Below are positions 22,270 to 34,426 of a stretch of DNA of 64,000 nucleotides, piece after piece; within the stretch, counting starts at the first letter, position 1, and each line of letters starts with the position of its first letter. A program made the position numbers and the translations under genes. The stretch spans positions 62,001 to 126,000 of the forward strand of contig JAVECO010000041.1 in assembly GCA_051942205.1 (NCBI GenBank), read 5' to 3'. The stretch is from Coniocarpon cinnabarinum. Its lineage: Eukaryota. The notes under the pieces were generated by a model. It was not told the origin of the DNA, did no database searches, and was given only the letters and a program-made list of their open reading frames with translations.

Positions 22270-23360
22270 TCAAGATTCTTCTGAGCACGGTGGGAAATCA
22301 TATGGAGATACGGACTTACCCAGTCCGCATTGCTGAGCAACGGATAATCCATTCCCTGCACTAGGGTCAGCTGGGACTATGGATATCTTTGTAACGTCGT
22401 GAATGATACCTGGAGGCTCGGTAGCTCTGTCAGAATCAATGGTTTCCTTGAATTCATCTGGGCAAAACCTCTCGTCGAGCGAGTAATCCGGTAGAAATAA
22501 CTCGGCCCACTCCTCAGGACTTGGTATTTGTTGGCCGGGACGTGGTTTCGAGACTTGCGCCTGGTTAGCCTAGTTGTTAGGAATTGGCTGTCGAATACAA
22601 TTACAGTATCCATAGCTTTCGAAATCAACAATAAAGCTTGGCTAGGTTAGTAAATTTTCTTCAGAGTGAACGAATCTCATCGTAAATACCAGTTTCCACT
22701 TTTGCGATCATAGAGCACGTTACGTGGGGCTCTATCACCTGGTGACATGCCTACGCGAACTATTTCCCTGATCACGCTTATTAGCCGAAGTCTAGGGAGC
22801 TGTAATGTTTGCTGTATTTACGTCATAGCTTGCTTGAACGCAACGCGTATTCTCTCACGCTCAGCTAAAGAGTATGCTTCGAAGAAGTTGATGAGATTTT
22901 CCCCTGGCAGAAACTCCTCGAGAACGTAATTGATCTGAAACCCAGGAAAGGGCATGTCGTCGCTTTGAACATCGTATAATCCCTCTGCGAACCTGGGCAC
23001 GCATCTCACTTCATGGGATATAAGCTCCAACAGATATTTCATCTCGTACTTTGCATCGGAAGAGGGTGCATTATCCGTATCGGCCAAGTAATCTGGAGTT
23101 GTCGTGACAGTATCCGGGTCATGCTGACACCAGACCTTGATGATTGCTTCTTCCCCCGACCGAGTGAAAATATTGTCAGTGAGCGCGGTGGCAACGAAGA
23201 CCCCTGTCGACTCTCGCCAAGCGGTCAGTCGGTCAGTGTTGTGTTCTGATGCATTGATCATCTCCTTGAGGCGCCATGGCCCCGCATCAAAGAAGTGGAC
23301 GACTCTGCCGGGAAAAGTATCATCGAAGCAATGACCTTCTTTTTCAATCAAGTATGGCAT
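22270..23360 (-). CDS. Minimal protein-kinase-like protein; introns 22768..22821 and 22637..22689; in-frame TAG at 22570..22572 (227 aa to TAG, 327 aa if read through to TGA at 22270)
   Basis: AIIK (beta3 Lys), YEMKYL (alphaC Glu), YVLEEFLPGENL hinge. After splicing: GDRAPRNVLYD (catalytic loop) and CFIVDFE (DFG equivalent). Both introns have canonical GT, CTAAT/CTAAC and AG signals. Confidence 0.8.
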
Positions 23361-24177
23361 TTATGGGAGGTCTCACACGACGAACTTGGGTCGATTGTAG
23401 AAGCCGAGACTTATCAGCTGCTCTGCATGTGGAATGGGAAGGAATGGCAAAGCTTGTTGTACGCAGTGCATGGTCTCTGCATTCGAAACATTACACTAAG
23501 CCTGTTATAGTTAGAGTGCATCCGGTCGCGCCGTTTCAGTGCACGCACGTGCGCAGGTACAAGGATGGTAGCACGTGTACCTAGGTGCTAGGTAGCAGAA
23601 ATCGTGCAGTAGCGCAAATATTACATTGTTTCCTTGAATTTCTAAGACTTTGTCAAGAATTTCGACCCCAGCGTCGGTTTCTTGAGTAAATATAGAGTTT
23701 GCTTCTACTGAAGTAATCCAACCGCAGGATCTTTCTAAGAAAGGTATGTGTGGGGTGCTTTTGGAATGATTCCTTCTTTCCTACCGCGTATCCAGGCACG
23801 CTGTTGCGCCTTTCACTTCCACTTTATCCTGTTCAAATGTGGCGCGCAATCGCACATAGTCCCAATTGGGCTTAGAGTAAGAGACAGTGGCTCCATCTGA
23901 GCCCGGCATAGGCGCTGAATACCGCTCCGATTGGGTTCACCAGGTCATGCGTAGCCAATAGCTTCACGCCGCACGGGATTCGTATTATGCCAATGAAGCA
24001 GCAAAATGGCAGCGCTATCATACGAAAAGTATTTCACAATGCGTTACCTTCACGTTCTTATAAAGCGTTCTCCACTCCTCTCACATCTTCAAGTCTCTCC
24101 GTGCTTGCTTCCGAGTCCCGCTTTCCTTCCAACAATCAACATCTGCACAGTCCGCGTGCCGGGTCTCACACGTCACC

Positions 24178-26265
24178 ATGGATGCCCAATTATTCAACCC
24201 TCTGCAGTTCTCAGCCCTTCCAATGCCTAACCCACGTCTGCCAAACGGTGGTGAACGTCCGCCTTCAAGAACAACCACAGAAGCAAGGAGAAATTTTTAT
24301 TTCGATCAAGAGGTATACCCCTGGGAAGCTTTTGGTAAGTCTACGCGTCGCGGCCTGGGAAAAAGACTTATGTTTGTAGAGAGCGGCGTTTCCACCATAC
24401 TGCGCAACTATACTGGGGCTTCGACATTCGATCGGCTGGGACCTGATTGCTCGCTACTCAATGCCGAGTCGCGTCGATGTGTTCTAGATGCCGACGAGAC
24501 CAAATGTGGTACCGAATTAAGCCTACAAGGACGTTTTACTAATAACGCCTTGGAGCCTGCTCTCAAAGCTTTCGAGCAGATCAAGAGACTCAGTGAGTGA
24601 GCGATTGACCCACTTCAACCTTTTGTCCTACTTGCGTCTCAAAATATGTCCGACCGCCACACAACGCAATATAGCATCTGTAACCGAAACAGTGCGCTAG
24701 CCTCCACCGGAAAAGTCGAGCGCTTTGCCTCCGACCACGTTTAGGTCACTGCTAGCGTGCTATTTTATACGCCCCCCAAGGTCCTTTAAAGCATGTATTA
24801 ATGTTACTGATATGCTGAAATCAGGATCTACGCCGGGATCTCAGCCGCTCGAGCCTATTTCTGCCGGCGATGGAAAGATTTCAAAGGTAAAGCCAGACAG
24901 CAAGCTGGTTCCGGACCTCGTGATTTGCAACAACAGATACGCACCGGTCTGCGTCGGAGAGATGAAAACTCTATGGACAATCGAAAGCCTTAGAGACGCG
25001 CAGCAAGCATTCGATGTCAACGACAGAACCAATTTCTATGGACACGCACTCGGCCAGCTCTTCGCGTACATGCATGATTATGGGTGTCAGTACGGCTTTC
25101 TCAGCACCTACGAAGAGACTGTCTTTTTCAAATTTCAGGCCGAATCTGCTACTGGCGGCTCTCCCCTGCTGTTACGCTCTCCAATTTATCACCATACAGG
25201 CTCACCTTTTCCTCTTCCCATGGGTCCCAGTGATGTAAGTTGAGCTTTTTTCGTGTTGGAGGAAATGTGCCGCAACAGTCTGCTTGAACAGCGTAAACGA
25301 ACTTCCCAAATAGCCAAAAGCGCGCTTTGAAATTCGAAATCGGAGTCGAAGGCCGGCGCTAAAGAACATTGGCACTGTTCATGCTATCGAAGATCTAATG
25401 AGCTAACGGCTGTGTCTTAGGTAAGTGTACAGCCTTTGTTTCTGCCGAATGAGTACACCGGAAGAGACTTGCCCTTGTGCGCTCTCTGGACGTATCGTAA
25501 GAACATCAGGTTTATGTCTATTTTGTAGCTTGTCACTGCTGCAGCGCCAGTGCGCAGTAATGATGTAGCCAGAGTTCGACGTGGACTGGTTCACTATTGC
25601 AAACGCCCAGAACATGCAGTACATCCACATGGTTCGATGCTGTTTACACGCTAACAATAAGGATAGGGCATAGAAAGAAAATATCAAAAGTACTCTGTCA
25701 AACAAATCATCCTCTGCTTCATGCTCTTGGCTGGGGAGGCACCCGGGCCGGGCGAGCGCATGCGCTATAAAACCGACACTGTTCGCAATTGGCTCAAGGA
25801 CAGAGAGCATGAGAGCGTGCTTGGTAAGCGGGCTGCCGCGCCGCCTGGCGGAACCAACAAGGCTCGGAAGCAAGCTCCTGCTCCGGGCGGTAGCAGCTCT
25901 TCGAGGTATGAGCGCCCATATAAGGTGCTTGTGCCGCCTGAGGATGCATGGGCTCTTCGCGTCGCCGACACTTCTCCAAAGAATTACGAGATCTGTATGC
26001 CTGGTCGCGGCTGGACGTCAATCGAGGTACGTCAACGCAAGAAGAATATCCTCCCTCAATGCATGCGCAGTGTATGCGAGTCACATGATCGAGCGTGCTC
26101 GGTTTTTCCATACCCAGATCCGTTCCCTTATCGCTTTGTCACAGCAAGTACTAATCACAGCCCTTGTAGGTCGGAGAGATCCAGCAAGACTCAAGTGGTA
26201 AAACCTATGTGTGGAAGAAGAATCCAGCTGGTGTCGAAGGTCGTGTCTACGTCAAAGCTTCTTGA
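24178..26265 (+). CDS. PD-(D/E)xK restriction-endonuclease-fold protein; proposed exons 24178..24592, 24825..25234, 25667..26026, 26170..26265
   Basis: Motifs VPDLVI...VCVGEMKTLW...ALGQLFAYM..YGCQYGFLSTYEETVFFK (PD...ExK...QxxxYM). Splice phases of the four exons are consistent and give one continuous frame. Small internal exons cannot be excluded. Confidence 0.72.
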
Positions 26266-26516
26266 CGGAGTTCTCTTGACACAGCTGAGGCGTGCATCGA
26301 TGCAGCTCTTCTTCACACTAGAGATTTGAGGGTTTAGCGATTACAGATGTGTCATTAGCGTGGCGTTGGGCGTTACCCATAGCGTTCCAGCGACGTAACA
26401 CAATGATAGATCAGATCACCTCAAGCAAAATCCTTTTCCCTTGACTATTCTTCGAAGGTGCACTCTCATGCAATTCTATACGAAACAGAAATTGCTACAT
26501 CCGCCGCTTCTCATTG

Positions 26517-29305
26517 CTAAAGCGTCGACATATACATCTCAGGACTCATGCTAGTGCTATTGTTACCCGCCACAAAACTGGGCGGCACGTCTCCATCCCC
26601 CGTCCCCCACGCACTCTCCGCACTCCCCATCTCCAGCACCAGCTCCCCTCCATACAAAAAGAACTCATGCCCAATCCAATTCCGCGTGTAGTTCGTCCCA
26701 TTCAAAGTCGCACTCTGCACATAGATATTCTGGTAAGCTGGCGGATCGACCCCATTCCCAATGATGGTTGCATTCGCCCCCGTCATCGGGTTTGTGAAGG
26801 AGATGCGTTTGAAGAACGGCGAACCGATGAGGTAGACATTCTGGCCGGGGTTGGGAAAGAGGCCGGCCATGCTCCATGCGAGGAAGGAACCCATGGCGCC
26901 GGAGTCGTCATTTCCTGGCAATCCTGAAGTGGTGCCGTTGAACTTGGAGGGGATGTAAAAGTGTGCTCGGCGGGCGGAACCGGCGGGGTACGCGGCGTAG
27001 TTGTATTGGTAGACTGTCAAGAAGGAGGGTTCATTGCCTATGTCAATAAGACCAGACGTATGGAGGTAGTCGAGGCGCCGGATGAAGGTGTCGCGGCCGC
27101 CGAGAAGGGTGATGAGTTCGGCGTTCTGATGCGGGACGTAGAATTGATACTCCCAGATTGAGCTTTCGAACACTTCGGTGGGGTTGGAGGTTAAGCTGCA
27201 GAAGATGGTGTCGAGACTGGAGCAGGCGACGGGGTCGAGGAAGCCGAATGTGCCATTTAAGTAGCGGGGCTGGAAGTAGCCGGTGAAGCCTGTGTCGGTG
27301 CCGTTGAAGAGGGCGGATGTCTGGTTTGGGAGGAAGAGGTTGCGCCAGTCGGTGGAGCGGGCTGCGTATTTGGCTGCGTCGTCGGGATGGTTGAGGGACG
27401 TTGCAAGTGAGGAGACGCAGTAGTCATTGTAGGCGTATTCGACAGTGCGGGAGATGGAGCGCGAGTTGGTGCCGAAGCCAAGGTAGTCGTAGTCGAGGCT
27501 GTAAGTTTCGGTGTCAGCAGTAGCAATGACCAAAAAGCGAACTCAAGGGATTGGACAGACGAGGGAATGTAATTTAGCGTCTTCCAACTAATGCTGCCAC
27601 CACGACCTTCGACGCTCCAGTCGATTGGTTCGTCCTCTGCGTCGTTGACAATAGCAGCGTATGCGGCTTCATAGTCGACGTTGGGAATGGACTTGACGTA
27701 GGCGTCGACGAGGCTCACATCAGCGTTAGAGCCGCCTTGCGTGAAGCCCTTGCTGAGTGACATTCGACAGTCTGGTAGCCAGCCAACGTGCTGGTATGTG
27801 TCGATCAGGCTACGCATCATGTCTGAGATGCCCAGCGGGTCAATAACTGTCAAGAGCGGAAGTTGAGCACGAAATTGATCCCAGAGACTAGGTGGATTAG
27901 CAAGCAGAGTCGAGCAGAAAGGCAACATACGTACCAGTAGAACGAGTCAAAGTATGGTTCACTGCTCTGCCAAAGAGGATTCTCGCCAGTGTAGTTCTGT
28001 GGCGAGATCATAGTGCGGTATACACCACTCCAAAAGGATCTCAGAAGATCATCATCTACGCCGGTTGGATCGACAGAGATCACATCGAGCTTCTGTCTCC
28101 AAGCGTCCTCTGCGGCTGAGCGGATGCCATCAAAGTTCCAATCTGGGATCTCATTCTCCGCATTTTGACACGCCTGGTCTGTACTCACGAGACTAACGCC
28201 AACACGAGCCGCAATGAACCCACTGTCAGGTGCGTTGAATCTGACAATACCTCCAGCTTGGATGTAGAATAGATTGATGCCGCGTTCCACGAACAACCTT
28301 TTGGGAAACGTTCCAGCCCGGCTATTGACGTAGACACCAGTGTCTCGAACGGACGCACCTTGGAAATCGGCACAAACGTAAGACTCGAATGATCCGCTGC
28401 CGAAGCTAGGCAAGAAGGTACCATTAGCAGTGATACGACCAGTGTCCGCGTCAACATTGACAGTCGCATTCTGTCGTGAGTCATTCAAGTCCGTAAGGTC
28501 CAGTATCATCAGGGGGCTGATGGGGCTGCCGTCCGAGGTCGAGGACGGCACCGTAAAATGATACAGAGCCGCGTGCTCTGTCACAGTCATCTCCGACGAC
28601 ACACCATTTTCGAGGCCGACACTGAAATATCCTGGGCTGGCCTGAACCGAATCACTGATGTAGTGTACGGCTCGTTCTGGCTTTGAGAAGTTGCAACCAT
28701 CAATCTCATCTCCGGGACAGTATGGGTGCAAGAAGAGCGGGAATTGACCTGACGTGGATGTGAGCGGTCTAACTACTCGTGGCTGGTAATAGAGGCTGTA
28801 CCTAAAGAAGGATTGCCTCCCGTGCCTGAGTCATCTGTGATCTAGTCAGAAGAACTGTAGCAACTCATATCCTGTGCGAAATGAAGCACATACGCATGTG
28901 TGAGAAGCCAGTGACGTTGCTGCCGTCGGTGGAAAAGCCTATTGGATGTGAACAAGCGTGGCTTTGCACTTGAGTCTCTATGCTTCCCTACCACAAGTGT
29001 TTTGTCCATCGACATCCGCAACGACCTTTGCCATGCCATACGCTGAAAGAGTGAGAACGTGACTTGAGTCAAGCATTAATCACAACTCGGTCATACGTAG
29101 CGTTGCCCCAGCACTGGTTCTCAATGTTAATATCTAGGATTCCCTAATATTTCTGAACCGTCACGTCAGCCACTTACAATACGTTTCCGCCATTGTCAGT
29201 GCCTATGAGCTGGTCGACATAGCTCAGAACATCTGTGACATTCCCTTGAGCACACACCTGGGACACAAACCATGCAGCAACAATAGCTTGTATCGCTGCT
29301 CGCAT
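26517..29305 (-). CDS. Secreted GH92 alpha-1,2-mannosidase (multi-exon)
   Basis: Signal peptide, YVDQLIGTDNGG, ASPGYF, YTGENPLW, GWLPDCRMS, TQGGSNAD, SRTVEYAYND, IGNEPSF, LPGNDDSGAMGS. Several short 5' exons were not individually resolved. Confidence 0.93.
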
Positions 29306-29896
29306 TCGCTTTGAAGTCGCCGACACAGCCGACATAGTTCTTTTAGAGTATGCTGCTCTACCCACGAGGAGTGATTATAGTCTCCCGGCACCAGTGGTTC
29401 CTCAAAGAATGCCCAATGGCAGGCGGCGCGATCTCAACTCATGGGCTGAGGTCAGACAACCTTGTGACCGTGTCAACAATTGCATCACACAAGCTTTGGC
29501 GCCTTCCATATTGCGCTAAGCTCCAACTTGTCAGAAGATGTGATTGACGCGCATGGGATTCAAGAGCAGTTGGTAGCGTCATGCAGGAGCTGCATAGCGC
29601 GAACTGCTTTCCAGGGATGTCGATCTGCCGCTCAATGGATACATCGCCTCAAGGCGTCGTCTTGCGGCAACAAGAACTATGCAAAGGAAGCATACGCTAT
29701 AAGGGAAAGCCGAACTTGGACGAAGTCCTATTTGAAGAGCAAATCTGGGGTCAAGCCCTCGTGGCGTCTTGATAATTTTGTACAAGCTCATCGTCCTATG
29801 CGACGATTCTGATATCTGTAGATGCTAGCTGTGCGATTTTCGGGTGAATAGTCTGAATTATCTCGATGTCATGTAAGCCGTTGTGGTGATGCAAAC

Positions 29897-31641
29897 TCAC
29901 ATGCGCAGCACACTGGTCTTACTTGCAATACCATCAAACAGGCAAACATTGTCAATGGGGACATATTGCTCTGTGATGACCTTGATGACCTCTTGCGCCA
30001 CAATGCCACCCATGACAGCGCTGACGTTATGCAGCTCTGCGCCATTGGCCCTTACCAGTTCGCGTACGCAATCGCTAGCGGCAGTCTTGACCTCGGTGTA
30101 GGTGGGATCCTCAAGGCGCTCGCCCGCATCTTTTAAGAGGCCGTCCACAAATGTTCCCGCGATTCCAATCATCTTCTCCTGCTCAACTTCGAACTCATCG
30201 TCTGTCTGCCCTCTTTGAAGACCTACCGAGTCCTGCAAACCATGCGTCGTCGAATAGGAGTTGTACGCTAAGAAAGCAATGTACAGAGGTAGCAGGCTGT
30301 CGGGCATACTGAGCTGCGAAACCATACTACTAGCATGACTCCCCCACGCAGTTGGGTTTGCAAGCTGCGGTGGTCGGCCTCGCACCAATTTTAGTGTACT
30401 TGCGTTCTTGCAAAATAGAGTGATCTCTGCATCCGCAATTTGAAGCTTACGCTCTAAGTGCTGTTCCAATCTTCGAACGTGAGATGTCACCGTATCAACA
30501 TCGGCCCTTGCTTTTGCGCGGTAAAGGTTTTGCAATGTCACGTAGTCGTGCGACTTCGCTTTCATGTCCGGGAATGATCCTGAAAGAGGTAGTACACCAT
30601 TCTTCACCCAGAACTCATTGACCGCGTGAGCGATTAACCAAAAGCTCCGGGACGTAGATGTAAGATTCTTGGTTTCGGGGGCAGTCAGGATTTCTTTGAC
30701 ATCCATAGACGGTTTATGTGGAACGATAGTCTTCATTACTGCATTGACCGCTTCTTCATAATTTTCCTCATCTCCAGCCGCGGAGTTCGTGCGCATCTTG
30801 GACTGTATCATTTTGCGGAATGCAACCTTCTCCTTTGGTGAAGATGGTACCGCACCACTACTGTTTGCTCTCCACTCATCCAGATAGTGTAGGAGAAGAA
30901 GCACGTAGGGAACATGGCCATGGTCCTCGTCCGACATTTGGTCAAGATGTATCGTCTTGTCGCGAGCCAACTGCGATAACTCTGGCCATGGCTCTAATAA
31001 GCGTAAGTCGCTGGTTGTAGCAGGATCAGGGTGGGAGTCAACAATAGGGAGTGCAGCAGGGAGTTGCGCGGTCAAGTGAGCATAGAAGCCGATGCTCTGC
31101 ACATAGAAAATCGGTATTTGAGACTGTGTAGCATGCTCAACAAGGAGTGAGAGGACGTCGGAGGGCAGAGGCAGGGCAGCGAGGATGAATGAATAGGCCG
31201 CAAGGATGTTCGGTTGCGAAATGAATGTTTCTAAAGGCTGTACACTGGTCAGCTTGAATTTCATATGCAAATGTCAGGTCAGAGGAAGCCTACTTCGGTG
31301 ATGGCGTGTCCCTTCACATCAGGATTAAGCTCGAGCAGTCGCTCCGTAGTTTGCTGAGCTCGAAATTTCCCAATATCCTCGGGCTCAAGGAAGAAGTTGA
31401 CACCCAAGTCCGGTTCCGTGACTTGGGCCGGGTCTTGGATAGTAAATTGGCCAATGCCGGGCAGGATGAGATTTTTAAGCGTCTCGACACCGACCACGCC
31501 CGTTCCTGAATTGATCAACAAGACATGCGCAGACTCAAGAGCAGACTGTCCGTTGGCAGCCCAGAGACGTAGCTGGCGGTCATACTTTTTCTCTTTCGCA
31601 GATGGCTGTGCTCGAATAGGCGGTGGAACAGGGGCGGCCAT
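29897..31641 (-). CDS. ULA1: NEDD8-activating enzyme E1 regulatory subunit (APP-BP1/Ula1); intron 31238..31293
   Basis: [71 protein letters not shown]. Confidence 0.95.
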
Positions 31642-32107
31642 GATTCCAAGATCACATTCACGCGAAAAGCGTGCAGGATCTATTGGATTGCTGTAGGATT
31701 GCTTGCTAAGTAAGCATTGCAACGTACGAACATCTCTAAGTTGCGGACAGCTCGTTCACACACAGACGAGACAACCTGAGCACGCTGAGGTACCTAGCGA
31801 AAGTGAATCCAGTGACGTCATTCCTTGACGATTCATTAAGCGAGGCGGACGTGCTCACATCGACTACGAGGTGAAATGCCACGAGAGCACTTCAACGCAT
31901 GTAGTGACTCGGGCAGTGGTCGAGAAGATCTATTCGCAGCTCGTTATTATTTTGAAGCGTACGCGAGAGACTCGAGAGAGCTTTGCAGCTGTCATCCCTA
32001 GAAGAGCAAAGTTAGACTTTGTACATTTTCTATCATTTGCAAGCTACGGCCTCCGCTTACTGCCCATGACATAAGTAAAAGCCTTTGTATCTCTCACGCA
32101 AAGTCGC

Positions 32108-33156
32108 ATGTCGATAGGATTTCTACAGGGATCAGGCTGTCTACTTCACTTTTCAAGATCCTTCAGGAGATCTTTTCCCCCACTGCTGCGCGGTTGCCCT
32201 ACCGCGCCTCACCAAACAATGTCAGCCAACCTCATCGAGTCGGCAAAAAAAGCTGCATCAGAGCGTGCCGTCAGCGATCACTTTGACGTAAAATCCCACA
32301 AGCGCGTCGGCATAGGTTCAGGTAGCACTATCAAATACGTCGTCGACACGATCAAGGAGACCTGCTCCAGAGAAGCTTCCCCTCCTCAAATACTTTTCGT
32401 ACCCACAGGGCATGGCTCAAGGGAGCTTGTCACAAACGCTGGCCTCATTGCTATCGACTACGAGACGCTAGAACCTGACCACAACCTTGACGTCGCTTTT
32501 GATGGTGCCGACGAAGTGGACGCTGACTTCAACCTTGTGAAGGGTGGTGGTGCATGTCTATTCCAGGAAAAGCTGGTGGCTGCTCGAGCGAAGAAATTTG
32601 TCGTGGTTGCCGGTATGTGAATTTTGTACCTTTCGAACACTTGAGCTTCACAATGACTCGTCCAGACTTTCGGAAAGATCAGTCACACCTTCTGACGAAC
32701 TGGAGTTACGTTCCCGTTGAGGTAGCACCTATAGCTGCCAATAATGTGCTTGGCTCACTGAAGGCGCTTGGATGTCCTAACCCATCTGTGCGTATGACAG
32801 ACCACAATGGCAAGCAAGAACCCTTGCGAACGGACCAAAACTTTTTCATTGTCATGGCACCTTTCCCACCTCTACGGCTGGGTCGAGAACCTGAGCCGAA
32901 GGACGACGAGCTGGGGAAAACCAAAGATGGTCCCGCAGGCAGACTTTGGACTGCTGAAAAGCTTTCGACCGCTATTAAAATGATTCCTGGCGTACTGGAA
33001 GTCGGCCTTTTTGTAGGCTATAACGGCCCTACAGCGCAGAAGCTATCCTCTGGCCACAGGTTGCAAGATCCCATCCTGGGCCAAGCCGGTCAGAAGCCTG
33101 TTGCGGTTTACTTCGGAATGGAAGACGGCACGGTCAAGGAACGCAAGGCAACGTAG
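32108..33156 (+). CDS. RKI1: Ribose-5-phosphate isomerase A; intron 32613..32665; alternative start at 32219
   Basis: GIGSGST, FDGADEVD, KGGGACLFQEKLVA, VVA|DFRK, PGVLEVGLF. Confidence 0.95.
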
Positions 33157-33359
33157 CATCGATGCTTGGGTAGGGTACTGGAGATTATTTAGCACCACAA
33201 CTTTGCAAGAACTGCCAATGACTCTCATAGAATAGGCACTACTCACATAGCAGGAAGACGGCATGTTAAAGTGATGTTTCAACTTAGAACACGCCTTTGA
33301 GCCGAACAGTGACCATTGCAAATTTTCTATGCACACAGAAATTTTCACGAAGACAGGTT

Positions 33360-34139
33360 TCACTGAAACTCGCCAAATTCGCCATCGTCGAAGCCAAGAT
33401 CCTTGGCATTTGGAATCGAATGTGTAGTGTTTCTAGTAGTGTCAGATTTGAACGGGTGCGTTTCGCTGATGTTCATTTCCTTCTTCAGAGTGGCGGTGCT
33501 GGGAGGTGGAGGCAAGATTGGTGCTTTGGCATCCGTTTGACCAGCTGAGGCGGCTTGACTCCCGCGAGCCTTGGCGCCATGGTCACCAATATTGATGGTG
33601 ATGGTCTGACCTTCTTTCAAGCTATAGTCACGAGGCGTTTCTGTCTTGGTTTGCTGCTTCACCGAAGTAGCCGCGTTGCTACTGTTCCCACCATTAAGAC
33701 CAAGAGTTTTGCGGGCGTCTTGCAACGTGACACCAAAATCAAAAGCGTCACTACGCTCCTCGAAGCCGAGACCTAGCGTGGCTTTACGCCCTCCATCGCC
33801 AACAACGCGAACAGCGAAGAAACGACTGCTATCGGTAGCTTGCGTCACAACACTTGGATGGTGGTAAGGCGCAGCTGCAAAAAGCTCCCCCGAAGAGCCA
33901 TCCTCAAGCAAGATGGCAGCGGAGACTTGCTCTGAATCATCTTTTGGCACCGAAGTCTCAATTACGCGCAAGCGAGCTGTGAAAATGGGTGGGTTATTCG
34001 TCCACGTTGCGGCTACGTAGCCCTTGTTTGATGTCAACGGCGGGATTTGGTATACATGGACGCGTGGTGTGATATACAAGACCCGCTGAATGGCTTGCGG
34101 TGGCAGAGGTTGGCCAGTCGCTGAGTCGACTGAGGCCAT
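33360..34139 (-). CDS. NECAP (adaptin ear-binding coat-associated protein, PHear domain)
   Basis: HVYQIPP, GELFAAAPY, DSSRFFAVRV, LGLGFEERSDAFDF, DYSLKEGQTI, C-terminal DDGEFGEFQ. Confidence 0.92.
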   Translation of the reverse strand: MASVDSATGQPLPPQAIQRVLYITPRVHVYQIPPLTSNKGYVAATWTNNPPIFTARLRVIETSVPKDDSEQVSAAILLEDGSSGELFAAAPYHHPSVVTQATDSSRFFAVRVVGDGGRKATLGLGFEERSDAFDFGVTLQDARKTLGLNGGNSSNAATSVKQQTKTETPRDYSLKEGQTITINIGDHGAKARGSQAASAGQTDAKAPILPPPPSTATLKKEMNISETHPFKSDTTRNTTHSIPNAKDLGFDDGEFGEFQ

Positions 34140-34426
34140 GCGTTGCGAAACTCGGAGATGATACCAGATGGTTGGCTTGAGGCTCCAGCGAGGATTGGAT
34201 GCCAGCAGATTGCAAGGGTCGTGGTGTCATAATGTGCTCCACCGACTCCCGGGCTAACGGTCACGTGCTGTCGCCCTACACCACGTGCATGTCACATGCC
34301 TCCAATATAACAGTGTGACAAGTAAATTTGGCACGCGCCTCACGAAAACTTGCTCGCTTGCGAGCACTAAATACTACCAGATCTGCTTGTCAAAGTACAG
34401 CTGATCGTTACACACTCCGCGAGACG

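Noticed and set aside
2234..34139. Trafficking 'cluster' (APL6, NYV1, NECAP)
   Set aside because: Dispersed and interleaved with unrelated genes; consistent with chance.
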